This document shows, piece by piece, positions 26,200-32,000 of a stretch of 32,000 nt of DNA (its first letter is position 1; each line of letters begins with the position of its first letter). Position numbers and translations under genes: made by a program. The stretch is from contig NC_010628.1 of assembly GCF_000020025.1 (NCBI RefSeq), positions 4,800,001 through 4,832,000 of the forward strand, in the 5' to 3' direction. This stretch comes from Nostoc punctiforme PCC 73102 (lineage in GTDB: Bacteria > Cyanobacteriota > Cyanobacteriia > Cyanobacteriales > Nostocaceae). Below the pieces are notes generated by a model. The model did not search any database, had not been told where the DNA came from, and saw only the letters and a list, made by a program, of their open reading frames with translations.

Positions 26200-28035
26200 C
26201 TATATTGGCGGTTTGCTGTACTTGGCTACCAGACTGGCTAAAAGTGGTAAATCAATCGGTTTAGAAATATAGTCATTTACTCCGGCTGTTAGACAGGTTT
26301 CGCGATCGCCTTTCATCGCCATTGCTGTTTGAACAATTACCGGAATCGTCTGATATTGCTCGTGTTCTCGCAGTTGTCGCACCAAGTTCAGACCATTTCC
26401 ATCTGGCAGATAAACATCCATTAAAATCACTGCTGGGTCTAGCTGTGTTAGAGCTTCCCACATCTCGGCAGCATTCTTAACCCAAGTCACCTGATATCCT
26501 AATTTCCGTAGATAAATTTGCATCAAATCAGCGTTGGGTAAGTCATTTTCTACCAGCAAAACATCTACAGAAGAACTAGGGATGAAAGGCAGAAGAGATG
26601 AGGAATATTTTGCTTCCTCATCTCCCTCATCTCTCTTATCGATTCCCGCTCCCGCCTCTTGCTGAAGGGGAAGTACAAGGGTAAAACGGGAGCCGCTATC
26701 TACTTCAGATTCCACTTTCACAGAACCACCGTGAATTTGGGCGAGTTTCCGAGTCACTGCTAAACCCAAACCAGTCCCCTCAGCACCACCAGCGACAGCC
26801 TTAGCAATTTGGAAATAAGGTTCAAATAATTGAGTCTGGTCTTCTTGAGAAATGCCACTTCCGGTATCCCAAACTGTAAAATGTACAGATATACCTTTGG
26901 CAACAACCTGTAAGCCAACACTTCCTTTGCTGGTGAACTTTAAGGCATTGAAGAGTAAATTCAACAGCATTTGCTTGAGTCGCAAAGAGTCGGCTACTAG
27001 GGTTGTGATATCGGGGTCAATTTCTAGGCAAAGTCTTAAATCCTTATTAGCGGCTTTCTCTTTCACCAGTGCTAAAACATTGCTACATAGCAGTGGCACA
27101 TCTACACATTCCCACTGCACCTCTAGCTGGTTCGCTTCAATTTTTGAAAGATCCAAAATATCATTAATCAGAGCTAGCAAGTGCTTACCGCTAGACTGAA
27201 TGATATTTAAATACTCCCGTTGACGTTCTATAGTTGGTTCGTACCCTGGAGCTAAAAGCAGATTGGTAAAGCCAATAATAGAACTAAGCGGCGTGCGAAT
27301 TTCGTGACTGGTGTTTGCCAGAAACTGGTTTTTCAGTTGATTGGTGCGCTCCAATTCTTGATTGGAGTTACTTAACTGTTGATATTGTTGCTGCCAAGAT
27401 AGGATGTGTCTCAGTTGTACCAAAGCTGTTGTACAGTAGTTGGCAGACCTGGACATCAATTGCGATCTGAGTTGGGCTTTTGATTCTATAAGCGACTCAC
27501 GATCGGAACTTAGGGGCGCTGCGGCAATAATTAGCCAGCCCATAACGCTGCCAGAATCATCAGCTAACCGCCAAGCGCTTGGTGGCTGTTGATTTTCAAG
27601 TTGCTGTAAATCTTTGAGTTCTATAACCTCTTGCAATCTCAACAGCAGCTTTTTTTCTGCTGTCAGCACATCTACAAATAAAGGTTGTGAGTTTTGAGAT
27701 GGAGAACGAGAAACATAGGAAACTGTGGCTACAGTTTCTTGTGGTTGAAACATAGCAATGCCGACGGCATAATCTGTAAGTGCCAGATTGGTGCTGCTCA
27801 TTACACTGTTAATCTCGTTAACCACAGCTTGGAGAACTTCTGATTCTGCGGCTCCTGCCTGTAGGACATTGTTACAAGCAGAAAGCAGATAATGATTAAG
27901 GCGACTTTGCAACTGGTTCAAGCTGCTCTCCAGCCACAACTTGGCGCGAAGTTGCTGAATTGTTGTCAAAAGTTTTGGCGTTGCATCTATCTGTGAGTTT
28001 TGGTCTGGTAAGCTTGAGTACTGCTGCATGGTCAA
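26200..28035 (-). CDS. Hybrid sensor histidine kinase / response regulator
   Basis: 611 aa with H-box SHEIRTPLSSIIGF, ATPase boxes FNALKFT, DTGSGI and GTGLGLAV, and a C-terminal receiver (VLLVENDLPNADLM, ILMDVYLPDGNG, ISKP). The N-terminal sensory region is unassigned. Confidence 0.85.
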   Translation of the reverse strand: MTMQQYSSLPDQNSQIDATPKLLTTIQQLRAKLWLESSLNQLQSRLNHYLLSACNNVLQAGAAESEVLQAVVNEINSVMSSTNLALTDYAVGIAMFQPQETVATVSYVSRSPSQNSQPLFVDVLTAEKKLLLRLQEVIELKDLQQLENQQPPSAWRLADDSGSVMGWLIIAAAPLSSDRESLIESKAQLRSQLMSRSANYCTTALVQLRHILSWQQQYQQLSNSNQELERTNQLKNQFLANTSHEIRTPLSSIIGFTNLLLAPGYEPTIERQREYLNIIQSSGKHLLALINDILDLSKIEANQLEVQWECVDVPLLCSNVLALVKEKAANKDLRLCLEIDPDITTLVADSLRLKQMLLNLLFNALKFTSKGSVGLQVVAKGISVHFTVWDTGSGISQEDQTQLFEPYFQIAKAVAGGAEGTGLGLAVTRKLAQIHGGSVKVESEVDSGSRFTLVLPLQQEAGAGIDKRDEGDEEAKYSSSLLPFIPSSSVDVLLVENDLPNADLMQIYLRKLGYQVTWVKNAAEMWEALTQLDPAVILMDVYLPDGNGLNLVRQLREHEQYQTIPVIVQTAMAMKGDRETCLTAGVNDYISKPIDLPLLASLVAKYSKPPI

Positions 28036-28114
28036 CTAGACCGCCTAACAAATTTAGCTTCACATAAAAATCCGAAAAGGATTTTATGTATATTAGCGGA
28101 CAATCCTTTTTTAT

Positions 28115-28155
28115 TTATAAACCATAACTTATGTTGTTATAAACCATAACTTATG
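28115..28155. promoter_or_regulatory. Two perfect 19-bp direct repeats with a 22-bp period in the divergent kinase/permease intergenic region
   Basis: ttataaaccataacttatg occurs at 28115-28133 and again at 28137-28155, separated by ttg. Confidence 0.5.
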
Positions 28156-28234
28156 ATGTCGAATTTAGCAGCTAGTCCAAAAAAATTATTATGTGAACCA
28201 CTGACCTAAAATTTGTGAAAGCAACTTAAGACTT

Positions 28235-29101
28235 ATGGATACACAATTCGCGCAACTAATCATCAATGGGATTGCAGTAGGAAGCATTATTGCTTTAGCC
28301 GCAGTCGGACTGACTCTTACTTATGGAATTTTACGGTTATCTAACTTTGCTCATGGTGACTTTTTAACTTTAGGAGCCTATCTTACTTGGCTGATCAATA
28401 GTATTGGAGTAAATATTTGGCTGTCAATGATCTTGGCGGCGGTGGGGACAGTAGCAGCAATGCTGTTATCGGAAAAGTTATTGTGGTCAAAGATGCGCTC
28501 GATCCGTGCTACTTCCACTACGTTGATTATTATTTCTATCGGGCTTGCCTTATTTCTTCGCAATGGGATTATTTTTATCTGGGGTGGCAAGAACCAAAAT
28601 TATAATTTACCTGTTACCACAGCTTTAGATATTTTTGGTTTAAAAGTACCGCAAAATCAATTATTGGTATTGGGGTTAGCGATACTAGCAATTTTCGCGC
28701 TGCATTACCTGCTGCAAAATACCAAAATTGGTAAAGCGATGCGAGCAGTTGCTGACGATCTGGACTTAGCCAGGGTTTCAGGTATTAATGTTGACCGAGT
28801 AATTTTCTGGACTTGGCTAATTGCTGGCACTCTTACGTCATTGGGAGGCAGTATGTATGGGTTGATTACAGCCGTGCGTCCTAATATGGGGTGGTTCTTA
28901 ATTTTACCGTTATTTGCCTCAGTGATTCTTGGGGGGATTGGCAACCCTTATGGTGCGATCGCAGCAGCTTTTATCATTGGCATTGTCCAAGAAATTAGCA
29001 CCCCTTGGCTGGGTTCACAGTATAAACAAGGTGTAGCACTGTTGATCATGATTTTGGTGCTGCTCATTCGTCCCAAAGGTTTATTCAAAGGAACGATTTG
29101 A
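28235..29101 (+). CDS. Branched-chain/neutral amino-acid ABC transporter permease (LivH/BraD family, NatD-like)
   Basis: 288 aa and polytopic. The N-terminus QLIINGIAVGSIIALAAVGLTLTYGILRLSNFAHGDF and the segment AMRAVADDLDLARVSGINV are typical of LivH-type permeases. No partner liv/nat genes are adjacent. Confidence 0.8.
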   Translation: MDTQFAQLIINGIAVGSIIALAAVGLTLTYGILRLSNFAHGDFLTLGAYLTWLINSIGVNIWLSMILAAVGTVAAMLLSEKLLWSKMRSIRATSTTLIIISIGLALFLRNGIIFIWGGKNQNYNLPVTTALDIFGLKVPQNQLLVLGLAILAIFALHYLLQNTKIGKAMRAVADDLDLARVSGINVDRVIFWTWLIAGTLTSLGGSMYGLITAVRPNMGWFLILPLFASVILGGIGNPYGAIAAAFIIGIVQEISTPWLGSQYKQGVALLIMILVLLIRPKGLFKGTI

Positions 29102-29122
29102 GCAGCACCATTCCACTTCTAA

Positions 29123-29272
29123 CTATTCAATAATGTGGAAATAGTACGCCGCTACCAAGAAATTGATCGCTAGCAAGAATATTGCCCAGCCTGTGCGATA
29201 GGCGTAGGGAGGTTTTGCTCCACTGTCGGCAACTGCGGAATTTGCAGGATTCTTCGTTGTTTTAGCAGTCAT
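29123..29272 (-). CDS. psaX: Photosystem I 4.8-kDa subunit PsaX (49 aa, below the ORF-track size cutoff)
   Basis: Hand translation gives MTAKTTKNPANSAVADSGAKPPYAYRTGWAIFLLAINFLVAAYYFHIIE*. The segment KP.YA.RT.WA..LLAINFLVAAYYF closely matches PsaX of Thermosynechococcus/Anabaena as I recall it. An AGGAGA Shine-Dalgarno sequence lies about 8 nt upstream. Confidence 0.75.
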   Translation of the reverse strand: MTAKTTKNPANSAVADSGAKPPYAYRTGWAIFLLAINFLVAAYYFHIIE

Positions 29273-29362
29273 AATGCGATTCTCCTAATGTCATGACTTT
29301 TTAAGAAATACCAAACTGGCGTACCAAATACCCAAATTCTTTAAGAATATTTGTGTGAATTT

Positions 29363-29492
29363 GGAAATTGGGCATTGGGGAATGGGGAATGGGGCATTGG
29401 GCACTTGTACTGAGCGAAGCCGAAGTATTGGGCATTAGTTATTTTTTCCCTGCTCCCCCTGCCTCCCCTGCCTCCCCTGCCTCCCCTGCTTC
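29363..29492. repeat. Dispersed GGGCATT/GGGGAAT repeat module with a 9-mer GCCTCCCCT x3 arm
   Basis: ggaaattgggcattggggaatggggaatggggcattgggcac, then actgagcgaagccgaagtattgggcatt, then ccctgctccccct gcctcccct gcctcccct gcctcccct. It abuts the lipA stop codon. Confidence 0.7.
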
Positions 29493-29496
29493 ATCT

Positions 29497-30423
29497 CTAC
29501 TCCTCATTTCCCACTCCCTCTTCTCCAGCATGATAGGAACTGCGAACCAGAGGCCCAGAACGGACATGGTTGAATCCCATTTCCCATGCTAATCTGCCGA
29601 GTTGATCGAATTCCTCTGGAGTCCAATATTTTTGGACTGGGAGATGTTCTAAAGAAGGACGCATATACTGCCCGATAGTCAAGCGATCGCACCCCACAGC
29701 CCTTAAATCAGCCATTGCTTCGACGACTTCATCAAGTGTTTCGCCATGTCCCAGCATCAAACCTGATTTGGTAGGAATTGTCGAATCGATTTCTTTAACC
29801 ATAGCAAGTACCAAAAGCGAGCGATCGTATTTGGCTCCCCGGCGCACTGGCCCAGTTAACCGCCGCACTGTCTCGATATTGTGATTGAAACAAGCTGGTT
29901 TGGCTTTTACAATCATCGCTATCCGTTGGCGTTGACCTGATTCTCCTACACCTGCACCGCCCCAAAAATCTGGGGTCAGCACCTCAATTTGAGTCTCTGG
30001 ATTCAACTGGCGGATAGTAGCGATCGTCTCCACAAAGTGACCTGCGCCCTGATCGGGCAAGTCATCACGGGCGACAGAAGTCAGCACTACATAACGCAAT
30101 CCTAAAAGCTGTACTGCCTGTGCAACCTTTTGGGGTTCCTCTAAATCAAGAGGCATGGGTGCATGACCTTTATCTACTTGACAAAAAGCACAAGAGCGTG
30201 TGCAAGTAGGCCCCATTAGCAAGAAAGTTGCAGTTTTTTGGGCATAGCACTCTCCCCGGTTGGGACAGCGACCTTCTTCGCAAATTGTGTGGATTTGGCG
30301 CTGCTTAATAATGCGTTGTACGGTAGAGATTTCACTGGCTTTACCGATAGGGCGACGTAACCAGCTAGGCATTGCCGCAATTTCAGACTTTAGTTCGGCT
30401 TGTTGTGACGAAATCATAGACAT
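29497..30423 (-). CDS. lipA: Lipoyl synthase
   Basis: 308 aa with the auxiliary cluster motif [12 protein letters not shown] and the radical-SAM motif [10 protein letters not shown]. The segments GLMLGHGET and SSYHA are also present. Confidence 0.9.
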   Translation of the reverse strand: MSMISSQQAELKSEIAAMPSWLRRPIGKASEISTVQRIIKQRQIHTICEEGRCPNRGECYAQKTATFLLMGPTCTRSCAFCQVDKGHAPMPLDLEEPQKVAQAVQLLGLRYVVLTSVARDDLPDQGAGHFVETIATIRQLNPETQIEVLTPDFWGGAGVGESGQRQRIAMIVKAKPACFNHNIETVRRLTGPVRRGAKYDRSLLVLAMVKEIDSTIPTKSGLMLGHGETLDEVVEAMADLRAVGCDRLTIGQYMRPSLEHLPVQKYWTPEEFDQLGRLAWEMGFNHVRSGPLVRSSYHAGEEGVGNEE

Positions 30424-30749
30424 CCAAGCAAGATACGGATATAAAGTAGTGGTCTTTCAATGGACAAATGATAGACAAGAATAGACGCAGGAAACGGTCT
30501 TAATATCTCCGTGTCTCCGTGTCCTTATATGCTTTATGCCTTAGAACAAAGCTAAAGCCTTAAATATCACCATGACATAAATCGAAAAGAGCGCCAGCAA
30601 AAGTTTTACAAAACACCTCTAGGAATGTCATTTATACCGAAATATACTATCCCCCAATTGCTAGAAATTTTGTATATAGTGGGAGGATTCTCAAGGACAA
30701 TCGGCAAAGCCGCTATTTACACTTAAAGTTTCTGTTAGAGCAAACAGTC

Positions 30750-31403
30750 GTGGCAAGCAACAAGATTTTAGTTATCGATGACACTACAGTTGTCAGGGTA
30801 AAAGTACGAGAAATGTTGCCTCCGGGCAATTTTGAGGTACTGGAAGCAAAAGACGGTTTAGAAGGACTAAATTTTATTCTTCAGGAAAAACTCAGCCTGA
30901 TTATGCTGGATTTCCTGCTGCCTAAAATGAGTGGCTGGGAAGTTTTCCAGAAAGTCCAAGCCGATCCGGAATTAAGGAAAATTCCTTTGGTGATCATGTC
31001 TGGTCGCAAGGAAGAGGTAACTGAGAAAATCACAGAACCCTTTGAATACTTTGAATTTCTGGGCAAGCCTTTCGATCAGAAGCAACTAATTAACGCAATT
31101 AAGTTAGCTATGACTAAGGCGAAACTGCCGCGCCCAGAATTAGTAGCAGTCGGAGCAGGGGTTGCTGTTAAAAATAGCACAGTTGCAACTTCTAGTGTTG
31201 CAACTGCTACGTTAGCAACTCCTACTGTTGCCAGTAGTGCGATGCCTACGGCGGCAAGCAACGCAACCCCTACTGCCGGAGGAGTCTCGGAGGCAGAAAT
31301 TAATGCGTTGAACGAGAAAATTGTCAAAATGCAGGCTGAAATCGATGGCTTGAAGAAACAGCTAACTCAAGTTGTTACCTTTATTAAACAAAAAATCAAG
31401 TAG
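30750..31403 (+). CDS. CheY-like response-regulator receiver protein with Ala/Thr-rich linker and C-terminal coiled coil
   Basis: 217 aa with a GTG start. The receiver carries ILVIDDT, LIMLDFLLPKMSG and GKPF. It is followed by the low-complexity run VATSSVATATLATPTVASSAMPTAASNATPTA and the coiled coil EAEINALNEKIVKMQAEIDGLKKQL. There is no DNA-binding output domain. Confidence 0.75.
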   Translation: MASNKILVIDDTTVVRVKVREMLPPGNFEVLEAKDGLEGLNFILQEKLSLIMLDFLLPKMSGWEVFQKVQADPELRKIPLVIMSGRKEEVTEKITEPFEYFEFLGKPFDQKQLINAIKLAMTKAKLPRPELVAVGAGVAVKNSTVATSSVATATLATPTVASSAMPTAASNATPTAGGVSEAEINALNEKIVKMQAEIDGLKKQLTQVVTFIKQKIK

Positions 31404-31670
31404 CATTTGTGTTCATTATTATTATCGCAGCCGAAATAACCCGTTCATCATAATGGGTGTCCGATTAAAAGCGGGTAAAAATAGTTAATTCAAAATACTT
31501 ATCTTGACAAACCATCGTTGACAGCAAAATTCAAAAATAGCAAAAAACTACATATAGGGGTAATTCATGAATTGCCTCTACATGTAATTTTGTGTAAGTT
31601 TTATAGGTGCATTTTCAAAAATAAATAGTATTAGTTGTTAGTCTACTGAAACAGCCCTAGACCCACTAAA

Positions 31671-31716
31671 CCTGCCGCAGTTTGCTCTTAACCTAAGAAA
31701 AACGGCAGGCTTTTTA
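31671..31716 (+). terminator. Weak terminator-like hairpin
   Basis: cctgccg (31671-31677) pairs with cggcagg (31703-31709) and is followed by cttttta. The 25-nt loop is large, and the hairpin lies about 270 nt after the regulator stop codon. Confidence 0.25.
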
Positions 31717-32000
31717 TTGCTTAGTCTCCCACATATACAATCTGCATCAGAGCTTGCTAGTAAACCTACAGATAGAAAACAGTAATAGGGAATATTTACC
31801 AGATAAATCTAGTAATAATATTTTGACAAACTTATACTTTTATACCAAATTAGTTTATTCAAAATTATATTGTTCAAGAAAATATATTTATTAAAAAATT
31901 ATTTTTATTAATAGAAATTAAACAAATAAAATTATTATTTCATGATAATGATAGCCTTCGCACGGGAATACTAAGACATAGAAACAAGAATTATGAGCAT

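Noticed and set aside
26073-26272. Two overlapping plus-strand ORFs (63 and 64 aa) between larE and the hybrid kinase
   Set aside because: They are translations of the GGGCATT/GGGGACAAGG repeat hairpin (WGIGHWEEDLG..., MGHWALGRGLG...). The same kind of peptide arises at every copy of the repeat.
28087-28102. Imperfect NtcA-like site TGTA-N8-GACA upstream of the LivH-type permease gene
   Set aside because: It has one mismatch in the essential TAC half-site and only a weak, ambiguously spaced -10 candidate, which is insufficient on sequence alone.
29368-29592. 74-aa ORF MGIGEWGMGHWALV...PASPASPASPAS
   Set aside because: It is generated by the heptamer and 9-mer repeat module, and it runs antisense into the lipA 3' end.
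31076-31327. 83-aa antisense ORF within the response-regulator gene
   Set aside because: It arises from the Ala/Thr-rich low-complexity segment, which stays open on the opposite strand, and the receiver gene explains the region.

Overview
This window looks like chromosomal DNA from a filamentous, Nostocales-type cyanobacterium. The evidence is frequent HIP1 palindromes (GCGATCGC, roughly 20 or more by eye), heptamer and GGGNATT-type dispersed repeats, and the gene content. Two photosynthesis blocks dominate. (1) A compact phycoerythrin locus at about 1.3-7.6 kb holds cpeB-cpeA, a CpeZ-like HEAT protein, a convergent larger HEAT protein with a small coiled-coil ORF, an nblA that the ORF track misses, an S-type bilin lyase translationally coupled to an HExxH protein, and cpcG. 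(2) psaA-psaB at 17.2-21.8 kb has a heptamer-repeat hairpin in its spacer and a strong terminator. Downstream of psaB is a small accessory islet with an intact REP-associated tyrosine transposase between perfect 27-bp inverted repeats, a truncated DNA methyltransferase remnant and about 700 bp of AT-rich non-coding DNA. The remaining genes are housekeeping or signalling: rluD, a thioredoxin-like/NHL protein followed by a HAD-DUF952 fusion, glutaminase, two histidine kinases, a repeat-rich lipoprotein, an SGNH hydrolase, larE, a LivH-type permease, a second missed small gene (psaX), lipA and a CheY-like regulator. I see no CRISPR array, tRNA or rRNA gene, prophage or recognisable defence system. 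The most unusual candidates are the split SOQ1-like pair (CCINC thioredoxin-NHL gene plus HAD gene) and the HExxH/CxxC protein coupled to the bilin lyase. Every family assignment comes from motif recognition by eye. No searches were run.
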